From an uncultured delta proteobacterium (GTDB taxonomy: Bacteria > Desulfobacterota > WTBG01 > CAIYCZ01 > CAIRTM01): 64,000 bases of DNA. Shown piece by piece: positions 10,101 through 18,164 of the stretch; positions within the stretch are counted from its first letter, which is position 1; each line of letters opens with the position of its first letter. The notes beneath the pieces were generated by a model, which saw nothing but the letters and a program-made list of their open reading frames with translations, was not told the DNA's origin and did no database searches. The stretch covers positions 32,001 through 96,000 of the forward strand of contig CAWDSQ010000014.1 in the NCBI GenBank assembly GCA_963804955.1, read 5' to 3'. Made by a program: the position numbers and the translations under genes.

Positions 10101-10269
10101 AATTTCCCGGAGCTTCAACACCGCACACCTGCGCGCATGTGCCGCAATCCGTGCAGGCTGCTTCATCAATAATCGCCCTGTCATCGATGAAGCTGATCGC
10201 ATCAACCGGACACAGGTTGACGCAGCCGCCGCAGCCCACGCATTTTTTCGCATCTATTTTCAAACGCAA
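10099..10269 (-). CDS. Small 2[4Fe-4S] ferredoxin
   Basis: CVGCGGCVNLCP and CTDCGTCAQVC; probable TTG start at 10269 or 10263. Confidence 0.85.
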   Translation of the reverse strand: MRLKIDAKKCVGCGGCVNLCPVDAISFIDDRAIIDEAACTDCGTCAQVCGVEAPGN

Positions 10270-10270
10270 C

Positions 10271-10696
10271 TCACTCTTTTGGTTGTCCGGGCTCAAGCAC
10301 GTGCATCCGCCCTGCATAATTGCAGCCGGCCGTTGCCGCCAGGGCTGTACTGCCTGCCACAAGCACTGCCGCGTTCATGCCGTTTGAAATCTGAACCGCA
10401 AGCAGCGATATCGTGCCGCCGATGCAGACGCTGCTCAGCAGCGATCCCAGCAGGCAGACAAAACCGCAGCTTGTATGGAACAAGCGGGTATAGACAAATA
10501 CAAAAAACGCTGCTGTGCAGGGAGCAAACACGTACAGCAGGCTCAGCGAGGGGGTCAGGCAGCCGTCGCACTGAAGGATAATGCCAAAAGCATCGTAAAA
10601 AAAGCGGTCGATATGCGGCCACAGAAAAGCATAAAAAAATCCGCCGGCAACCGATCCGGCCGCGGCGGCAAAAAACTGCACAACTATTTTTTTCAT
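10271..10696 (-). CDS. Hypothetical membrane protein
   Basis: About four hydrophobic segments; GAGGAG RBS upstream. Confidence 0.6.
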   Translation of the reverse strand: MKKIVVQFFAAAAGSVAGGFFYAFLWPHIDRFFYDAFGIILQCDGCLTPSLSLLYVFAPCTAAFFVFVYTRLFHTSCGFVCLLGSLLSSVCIGGTISLLAVQISNGMNAAVLVAGSTALAATAGCNYAGRMHVLEPGQPKE

Positions 10697-10814
10697 GCTA
10701 AAACTCCTCAGCGGTTCCGGACCCGAGAGGCTGTACGGCTCCAGCCATGCAGAAGAATCGCCGTGCGCACGTTAAAAAAAAGACTCTATTTTCAAAAACA
10801 GCCAGACTGACTGC

Positions 10815-11279
10815 TCACTTGTTCTTTTTATCCAGACGGTCAGAAAAAGACTTACCGAAAATAACACAGACATTTTCAAGCGATTTGAGCAGCGTGTCGC
10901 GCTCCTTGTCAGTAATATGAGCAAAAATATCCTCGGCGACCTTGTGGCGCTGCAGAAGGAAACCGTTGCGGATCTCCTTGCCCCTGGGTGTAAGCGTAAC
11001 AAAAACCTTACGCCGGTCTTCCTGTCCACGCTCACGCTCCACGATGCCTTCGTGCTCGAGTCCGTCGACAATCATGGTCATATTAGGGAATTTCACGCCG
11101 AGATTTATGGCGAATTCTTTCATGGTGATGCAGTCCTGATCGCGGAAAGCATACAGTGCCTTGAGCTGCGAAAGCTTCAAATCAGACTGCAGCGGTATAT
11201 TGCCCTCCATGATCGACTGAGTATACACGCGGCTGAAGTCACGCAAAAACGACAGGTACTTAAAAAGTTTATCTTCCAT
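10815..11279 (-). CDS. MarR family transcriptional regulator
   Basis: IVDGLEHEGIVERERGQEDRRKVFVTLTPRGKE; AAGGAG RBS before MEDKLF. Confidence 0.9.
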   Translation of the reverse strand: MEDKLFKYLSFLRDFSRVYTQSIMEGNIPLQSDLKLSQLKALYAFRDQDCITMKEFAINLGVKFPNMTMIVDGLEHEGIVERERGQEDRRKVFVTLTPRGKEIRNGFLLQRHKVAEDIFAHITDKERDTLLKSLENVCVIFGKSFSDRLDKKNK

Positions 11280-11761
11280 ACTGCTCTCCTTAATAATGCC
11301 ACATAGAACGATTTTACACATGAGTTGGCTTGCGCCACATCTATTTAGTTAAACCGCTGCACGCCGCAGGCTTCATGGTCTGCAGCGCCAGTTCAGGTCT
11401 AAAAAGTCTCATCTTCTGTGCATGCTGCTGCCGCTCGAAGCATGCTGTAACACAACGCACATAAGCTATTGATTAACACACTAATTATTATACAGTAAAA
11501 GGCTTATTAAATCAATATATCACCATATGTGTTTAAAATTTTATCAAGCATAATTGTTATATTTTAGCATCTTCTTACTTTTTCCGTGTTTTTAGGCAGG
11601 CAGAATACGAAAAAATTTTCATTACCAGGCAGGAAATAATTCGCAAAAAACACCCTTACTGTTCTGAACGAGCCGGGTGATTTCAAGCAGCACTGCAGCA
11701 GCATGGCTCTTCACTGCGCTCGAAACAGCACTGCCAGCACGTGCTACTGTTAAAAAAACAG

Positions 11762-12839
11762 TCAGCTGTTTTTTTTCAGGATTGCAGGAAATTTTGATCG
11801 CAGGATGAGCACAATAAGAATCATTGAAAAAGCGACGGTGAGAATTCCTCCGCCTTCATGATGCTCGGCACTTATCCAGCCGGTTATGCTCAGGGAGGCC
11901 CTGCTGTAAAGGGCGTTGACGGCCATACCCAACAGTATCGCGACTGAAGCGATTACTGCCACATACACCGCGGCAATACGCTTGCCTAAAATTTTTGCCA
12001 CGAGTATGATAGTTGCGGCATTCGTTGCCGGTCCTGCAAGCAGAAAAACAAGGGCTGCTCCCGGCGAAAGGCCTTTGAGCGCCAGGGCGGCAACGATGGG
12101 CGTTGATGCCGTGGCACAGACATACAGCGGTATGCCCACCAGCAGCATAACCAGCATGGGGCGCATGCCGCCCCCCAGGTTCTGCTCGATAAAGCCCGGC
12201 GGCACCAGCGCCGAAATCATGCCCGCAATAAGGATACCGAAAAGCAGCGAGGGCCCCATGTCTGCCAGCAGGCCTCCGAAAGCGAAAGCAAGCCCTGAGC
12301 GCATGCGCTGCAGCAGTGACTGTTTATGAGGTGCATGCGTGGTTATGATCGCCCTCATGAGCGCCTTCCGCTTCCCCGGAGCAGCAGGAGCAGGCGGGCT
12401 CGGGAACTTCCCCATTTTGTTTATGCTCAGGAACAAAGTTTACAATAATACCCGTGACAGTTGCCGTGATGAATGCCGCAAGCGGCCGCACAACGGTCAT
12501 GATGGGATCAAGCAGAGCCCAGGTAACGGCAATGGAGTCAACGCCCGACTCTGGCGTTGAAATGAGAAAGGCCGTGGTCGGGCCCTTGCCCGCACCCTGT
12601 TTTCGCAGACCCATGGCAACGGGTATGACGCCGCAGGAGCAGATTGGCATAGGCACGCCGATAAGCGATGCCTTTATGACCGAAGTGATATTGTTCTTTC
12701 CGAGGTGCTTGAGCACAAAATCATCAGGCATGAACGCCCGCAGCAGCCCCGCCATAAAAATGCCGAACAGGCAGTAGCCGGCAGATTCATTAAGCACAAG
12801 CCAGCTTTCCTTTAGTATATTGATCAGCAGCTCAATCAT
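11762..12839 (-). CDS. Metal-resistance permease (SO_0444/DUF318 family); frameshift near 12335
   Basis: GVPMPICSCGVIP and AFLISTPESGVDS in the N-part; GIPLYVCATASTP and FLLAGPATN in the C-part; Cys/His-rich loop. Confidence 0.85.
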
Positions 12840-12894
12840 ATAATTTTATCTCCGGCCTCGACTTCTGCATTCCTGCTCCCGGCTTCTGTCTCAC

Positions 12895-13257
12895 TCACCC
12901 CTGCTGCACATGCTCAAGCCCCTGCTCAAACAGGGACTTCACATGATCATCATCAAGGCTGTAATACACAACCTTGCCGTCTTTGCGGTACTTCACCAGC
13001 CGCGCAGCGCGCAAAAGCCGCAGCTGATGAGAAACCGCCGACTGTGTCAGATCAAGCACAGCCGCCAGGTCGCACACGCAGAGCTCTTCTACCGACAGGG
13101 CCTTCAGCATGCGCACACGCGTGACATCCCCCAGTACTTTAAATATGCCAGCAAGCCCCGCACAGTCGGCTTCCGAAGCCATACACTTACGCGTCCGGGC
13201 TATCTTCCCGGGATTAATGCACGTGACTTGACAGGTATAATGATTTTTATGCGCCAT
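12895..13257 (-). CDS. ArsR/SmtB family metal-sensing repressor
   Basis: ELCVCDLA, QSAVSHQLRLLR, alpha5-type DDDHV...LEH, N-terminal Cys pair. Confidence 0.93.
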   Translation of the reverse strand: MAHKNHYTCQVTCINPGKIARTRKCMASEADCAGLAGIFKVLGDVTRVRMLKALSVEELCVCDLAAVLDLTQSAVSHQLRLLRAARLVKYRKDGKVVYYSLDDDHVKSLFEQGLEHVQQG

Positions 13258-13268
13258 GGCTTACATGA

Positions 13269-13320
13269 ATATATGAGCAATTGTTCATATATATGTATCA
13301 TGCAGCCGGCAGCCTGTCAA
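13269..13320 (-). promoter_or_regulatory. SmtB/CadC-type operator inverted repeat plus -35 box
   Basis: atatatgagcaa|ttgttcatatat (13269-13292, one mismatch); TTGACA on the minus strand at 13320-13315. Confidence 0.75.
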
Positions 13321-13680
13321 GATACGTGTTTTAGATTATGTGCGAACCCGCATGCGCTACCCGAAATTTACCATCCCGGCACAGGCTCGGGGGATCAAGT
13401 CAGTTACGGATTGATACATGAATGACGCGCAGGTATTTTCATGTGACAATACGAAACGCTGGCTTTTTATTGACGTTGCAGCACCCAATCAAAACGCGTT
13501 ACAGGCAGGTCAATTAAGGGTTCTGCTCCGGACGGGCGTTACAAGTAATCCCAGGGCATCAATTTTATATTGACAAATTGCGCAATCATGGCACTTAGTA
13601 TTTTATGGCTGACGCCAAACCTGCTTGCCCGTTTTTGTGGCTGCGTGAAACGATTACATCATTTCAAAAGGGAGGAAAAA

Positions 13681-14316
13681 ATGAAGGGATTTAAAATTGC
13701 ACTGGCAGGCTTAGTATTTCTTTTTACGACCAACACCGTCTCTGCTGCCGTCATCACAAATGCTTTCATGACCGATGTTGTTCCAACCAACTGTGAAGAC
13801 TCACTTATTCCCATCGTTACTACTTTTTATGAAAACGATAAAGCCGCGACTTTTTTTGTTTCGTTTATTCTTGATGAGCTTGGCGATACCTATCAAACAA
13901 AATGGTATCATGAAGGTGTCCTCTATATAGAGGGCGACATCACCACGGTGGATGCTGCAAGTCTTCAGTGCATGAGCAGAACCATGAAAATATTCGGGAC
14001 CGAAACAATGAATATGCCAGGCACCTGGCAGGTTCAGTTTTATTATAATGGTCAAGTACTCTTACAATTTGATTTCGAACTTAAAGAGCGGTGCGCCGCT
14101 CAGGTTGCGCTAAACAATGACAGCCGCAGCCTGAATACGCTCCGCGCATTCAGAGATCAAACCCTTAATAAAACACGCTGCGGCCAGAAGGCGGTAAAGC
14201 TGTTCTACGAGTATTCCCCCGCTCTTGTCAAAGCCATGGAAGAAAATACCATGCTGCAAGCCAGTGTCAGGGCACTGCTCACTGCCTGCGTCACGGTAAT
14301 CAACAGGTTTAATTAA
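13681..14316 (+). CDS. Exported hypothetical protein with a CFI-box-CTERM-like C-terminal domain
   Basis: GGAGG RBS; signal peptide MKGFKIALAGLVFLFTTNTVSA; C-terminus CAAQVAL..LNTLRAFRDQTLNKTRCGQKAVKLFYEYSPAL. Confidence 0.7.
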   Translation: MKGFKIALAGLVFLFTTNTVSAAVITNAFMTDVVPTNCEDSLIPIVTTFYENDKAATFFVSFILDELGDTYQTKWYHEGVLYIEGDITTVDAASLQCMSRTMKIFGTETMNMPGTWQVQFYYNGQVLLQFDFELKERCAAQVALNNDSRSLNTLRAFRDQTLNKTRCGQKAVKLFYEYSPALVKAMEENTMLQASVRALLTACVTVINRFN

Positions 14317-14540
14317 CCCAACCGGCTATGGAGCCGCTGAAGAGACGAGTATAAAACAAAAATACAAATCTGCATGTGGGCTTTTCTGTCAGACTGCATA
14401 GATAAAAAAACATTCAACTCAGTTCTCATGGCGGCTTCGCGTTGCGCGATGCCGTCATTTATAATTCTGGATAAATTTCAAAACATGACGTATAGCCTTG
14501 CCGTAAACAAGCCGCAACCCTTCGGAGGAAGGCCCCAGAA

Positions 14541-14924
14541 ATGGATGATTTTAAGCAGGATGCCGGTTCAACAAACAAAGCCGTGCTGTCTCAGGATGAA
14601 AAAAACTGGGGCATGTTCTGCCATGTGGCGGTGTTTGCCGGATGCATAGTGCCGCTGGGCAATATCATCGGGCCGCTGGTTATCTGGCTGATAAAAAAAG
14701 ACCAGTACGGCTTTGTCGACTACAATGCCCGGCAGGCCATGAACTTCCAGATAACATTTCTCATCGCGATGCTGGCAGGCGCTCTGCTGTCTTTCGTGCT
14801 GATCGGCATTCTTATGATGATCGGCTTTGGCATCTTCGCCCTTGTAGCGACAATAAAGGCAATCGTGGCATCCAGCCGGGGCGAGTATTACCGCTACCCC
14901 TGCAGCATACAGTTTATTCGGTGA
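14541..14924 (+). CDS. DUF4870 family membrane protein
   Basis: DEKNWGMFCH, GPLVIWLIKKD, AMNFQIT, GEYYRYP. Confidence 0.88.
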   Translation: MDDFKQDAGSTNKAVLSQDEKNWGMFCHVAVFAGCIVPLGNIIGPLVIWLIKKDQYGFVDYNARQAMNFQITFLIAMLAGALLSFVLIGILMMIGFGIFALVATIKAIVASSRGEYYRYPCSIQFIR

Positions 14925-14960
14925 TTGCCCCTGTTGCTGTCTCACGTAAGCGAAGGCGCA

Positions 14961-16742
14961 TTAAAACGGCCAGATCCGGGGTATGAGGCCGATGGCCAGA
15001 GCGCCGACAGCGAGGCTCATGGGTATACCGATTTTCATATAATCAGTAAAGCGGTAGCCGCCGGGGCCGTACACCATAAGGTTGGTCTGGTAGCCGATGG
15101 GCGTGATGAAGCTTGCGCTTGCAGCCACCATGACCGCAAATACAAAAGGCTCATGGCTGACACCCAGGCGATGGGCGGTTGCAAGAGCAGGAGGAATCAT
15201 GACTGCTGCTGCGGCATTGTTGGTGACGACTTCAGTGCAGATGACCGTGGCAACATAGATGAGCGCCATCGCCCGCCAGGGGTTGTCGCCCCCGAGGCTC
15301 ACGGCATAGCCTGCGAGCATTTCAGCAGCCCCGCTGGCAACCATGGCTTCGCCCAGGCCGACGGCAGCAGCTATGGCAAGAAGGATGCCCGCGTCAAGCG
15401 ATGCGCGGGCATCGTTCCATGACAGCACCCGCAGGCCGATAAGCAGAAAGGCCGCGGCCAGAGACGCCTGGAACATGGTGAGCACCTCGCAGGCCGCAAG
15501 GACGATCATGGCAATGAATATGGCCAGGGTCACCCGCACATGGCGCGGCTCGGTAGGGGCAAGCTCGGGCCGGTCGGTGACAACATAAAAATCAGGGTTG
15601 AAGCGATGCTGCCAGATAAACCCCGGCGCAGCCTCCACCAGCAGCGAGTCGCCTGCCTGGAGCCTCCAGCCCTTGAGCCCCTGCCGCTCAACTCGCTCGC
15701 CATGGCGCGCAACGGCAATGACCGCGGCATTATAGCGGCGGCGGAAACTGCCGTCACCGACCGAATGCCCCACCAGCGGGCAGCTGTGACTGACGACGAT
15801 TTCGACCTGGCGCCTGCGCCGCTGCGGCTCATCGGGTCCGAACTGATGGTCGCGGGCGCTGCGCAGGCCCGGTATACCCTGGGCTTCTATGATATGCCCC
15901 GCCTCGCCGGCAATAACAAGCCGGTCGCCTGCCTGCAGAATCTCTCCGCCCTTGGGCGCCGGGATAATTGTTTCTCCGCGCTCGATTTCAACCGGAAACA
16001 GCCGCTGAAAAGCTGAAACGTGTATTTCGTCGAGGCGCTTGCCTGCCAGGGGCCCGTCAGGCTCGACGATAAACTCCGAGGTGAAAGAACGCGGGTCTTC
16101 TCCCAGCAAGTCCTCCGGCGTCCGGCGGGGAAGCAGCCGGCTGAGAGCAAAAATAAGCAAAAGGCCGACAGCACAAATTGGCAGGCCTATTTTGCCAACC
16201 TCAAAAAAACCGGGAACGGGAAGCCCTGCGGCTTTCACCATGCCGGCCACGACAAGGTTGGTGCTCGTGCCAATGATGGTACAGAGCCCGCCGAGTATCG
16301 TGGCATAGCTGAGCGGTATGAGCATGAGGGAGGCTGGAAGCTGTACTGCGCGGCACCAGCTGCGCACCACCGGCAGCAGCATGGCCACAATGGGGGTATT
16401 GTTGAAAAACGCACTTGCCCCTGCCACGGGTATGAGCAGCCGCACCTGCGCAGGCAGCATCTTGCGCGTCGTTCCGAACAGCAGACGTATGGCTGTTTCC
16501 ATGATGCCGCTGCGGCGCACTCCTTCGGCTACTATGAACAGCAGGGCAACAGTGTGCATGCCCTGATTGGCAAAACCGCTCAGCGCCCGCGAAGGATCAA
16601 TGACACCCAGCAGCATGAGGAGGCCGAGCGCGCCGAACAGGGCGAGTTCTGCACGGATAATCCCTGCGGCCATAACAGCCAGGGCGCCAACAATACAGGC
16701 GATGGTGATAAGGGCGGCAGCGGTCATAAAAGGCCTGTGCAC
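14961..16742 (-). CDS. SLC13-family permease with TrkA-C (RCK_C) domains
   Basis: SAFFNNTPIVA, TIIGTSTNLVV, TPIGYQTNLMVYGPGGYRFTDY; start uncertain (16742 or 16727). Confidence 0.9.
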   Translation of the reverse strand: MHRPFMTAAALITIACIVGALAVMAAGIIRAELALFGALGLLMLLGVIDPSRALSGFANQGMHTVALLFIVAEGVRRSGIMETAIRLLFGTTRKMLPAQVRLLIPVAGASAFFNNTPIVAMLLPVVRSWCRAVQLPASLMLIPLSYATILGGLCTIIGTSTNLVVAGMVKAAGLPVPGFFEVGKIGLPICAVGLLLIFALSRLLPRRTPEDLLGEDPRSFTSEFIVEPDGPLAGKRLDEIHVSAFQRLFPVEIERGETIIPAPKGGEILQAGDRLVIAGEAGHIIEAQGIPGLRSARDHQFGPDEPQRRRRQVEIVVSHSCPLVGHSVGDGSFRRRYNAAVIAVARHGERVERQGLKGWRLQAGDSLLVEAAPGFIWQHRFNPDFYVVTDRPELAPTEPRHVRVTLAIFIAMIVLAACEVLTMFQASLAAAFLLIGLRVLSWNDARASLDAGILLAIAAAVGLGEAMVASGAAEMLAGYAVSLGGDNPWRAMALIYVATVICTEVVTNNAAAAVMIPPALATAHRLGVSHEPFVFAVMVAASASFITPIGYQTNLMVYGPGGYRFTDYMKIGIPMSLAVGALAIGLIPRIWPF

Positions 16743-16819
16743 CTGGAAGCGACTAAAACCACATATTCGGATAGTGTATGCTTGAATTGGAAAAACACTA
16801 GGCCATCAGGGCAATGGTG

Positions 16820-17554
16820 TCAACTTAAAATAGCCTTTCGCTGCTGGGCTGCACTGAGGCCGCCGAGATAGAGCAGACGCTCCTCCCGGGCAAACCGCTC
16901 GATGGCATAGCGCAGCATGGTTCGGGGCATTCGGCTGCAGTGCTCCCGTAAAAAAGCCTCTTCGGCTTCACGGTCGCGCTTGCCCACCTCCCGCAGCATC
17001 CAGCCAACGGCCTTATGAATCAGATCATGTTTGTCATCAAGAAGCATGCCGGCAATTTCAAGAGCGCCGTCGAACTGATTGCGCCGGATAAAATAAAATG
17101 TGGCCACAATGGCTATGCGACGCTCCCACAGCAGACCGGAGCGAGCCAGGCGGCGCAGCGGCGCCCGCCTTCTGTCAAACAGGTATGCCCCGACAATATT
17201 GGGCGCGGTCGCGTCCACAAGATCCCAGTTGTTGATGAAGCTCGTATTGGCAAGGTACAATTGGTAAATCCGCCTCCTGACTTCTGCGCTGCCTTTTTCA
17301 AACTTCGCCACCAGAAAAAGCAGCCCCAGCAGCCGGTCTTCATGATGGCCTGCATGCAACAGTGTTTCTGCATCAGCAAGGGGCAGGTCGGGATATTTTT
17401 TCACAAGTTGCCTGAGCACCGGCACCTTGATGCCGCGGAACACATCCCCTTCCCCATACTGGCCAGGCCCGGTCTTGAAAAAACCCCGCAGCACCGCGGC
17501 CTGATCAGGATCGGCAAGCTGTGCAAGCTCATGGGTGATTTTTTTAAACATCAT
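16820..17554 (-). CDS. DNA alkylation repair protein (AlkD-like)
   Basis: FFKTGPGQYGEGDVFRG, INNWDLVD, DLIHKAVGWMLREVGKR, MPRTMLRYAIERF. Confidence 0.9.
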   Translation of the reverse strand: MMFKKITHELAQLADPDQAAVLRGFFKTGPGQYGEGDVFRGIKVPVLRQLVKKYPDLPLADAETLLHAGHHEDRLLGLLFLVAKFEKGSAEVRRRIYQLYLANTSFINNWDLVDATAPNIVGAYLFDRRRAPLRRLARSGLLWERRIAIVATFYFIRRNQFDGALEIAGMLLDDKHDLIHKAVGWMLREVGKRDREAEEAFLREHCSRMPRTMLRYAIERFAREERLLYLGGLSAAQQRKAILS

Positions 17555-17602
17555 GAACCTCGTGATTTCATCAAATTCTTAGCGTAAAGCCCTACAAAAA
17601 AG

Positions 17603-17697
17603 AAGGTGGGAAATTCCCCCTGAGCAAAGAAGGGTTAGGGGAATTTGTCAGGTTGCAATAAATCCCCCTGTATCCCCCTTTTTCAAAGGGGGATTAA
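17603..17697. repeat. REP-like palindrome pair (TCCCCC...GGGGGA type)
   Basis: aaattcccc...ggggaattt and atccccctttttcaaagggggat; related degenerate copy near 29417-29447. Confidence 0.6.
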
Positions 17698-17699
17698 CA

Positions 17700-18022
17700 C
17701 AATACTGTTCATTTAAGCAAAAAACCTCCTCGCACCCGGCACGGGGGAGAGGATCGAAGTGAGGGGACCGTTTTTTTTTGCTGTGTTTTCAACACCCCTC
17801 ATTCCTGAATCACGTTCAGGACAGGCTCTGACCTTCTCCCCTCAAGGAGCCTGTGTCGCAATTAACTTTGCTGTCATCTCGACCGAAGGGAGAGATCTTT
17901 GTAGTAAGTAAAATCAAGGGCTTAAGATTTCTCACCGCCTGCGGCGGATTCGAAATGACATTAATAAATCAATTGCGACACAGGCTCAAGGGGAGAAGGA
18001 CCCTCTTAAATGAACAGCATTG
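17700..18022. mobile_element. Non-autonomous MITE with 18-bp terminal inverted repeats and a ~9-10-bp target duplication
   Basis: caatactgttcatttaag (17700-17717) / cttaaatgaacagcattg (18005-18022), one mismatch; flanks ggattaaca / ggattaaaca. Confidence 0.75.
17847..17987. mobile_element. Nested MITE with perfect 17-bp TIRs and 3-bp AAG duplication, carrying a TGTCAT...ATGACA REP
   Basis: gagcctgtgtcgcaatt / aattgcgacacaggctc; excision restores the hairpin ccttctcccc-tcaa-ggggagaagg. Confidence 0.8.
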
Positions 18023-18104
18023 GGATTAAACAGGCATATTTTTCCCTCTCATAATTACTAGTGCCCCCTTGTTTGCAGGACACTGTGCTTAGCCGCACAT
18101 AAGT

Positions 18105-18140
18105 AAAAAAGAGCGCCGGAACCGGGGCTCGGGCGCTCTC
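18105..18140 (-). terminator. Rho-independent terminator of the OFOR-hdr operon
   Basis: gagcgcc...ggcgctc stem followed by a T run on the minus strand. Confidence 0.7.
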
Positions 18141-18164
18141 TGCATTCCGGCACAAGAAATTTTC

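Noticed and set aside
11330..11760. Riboswitch or ncRNA in long intergenic regions (also 13320-13680, 32880-33060, 62230-62730)
   Set aside because: No cobalamin, TPP, SAM, FMN or c-di-GMP consensus recognised by eye; an Rfam scan would be needed to exclude them
17600..18030. CRISPR array in the repeat-rich gaps
   Set aside because: No regularly spaced direct repeats with unique spacers; no cas genes
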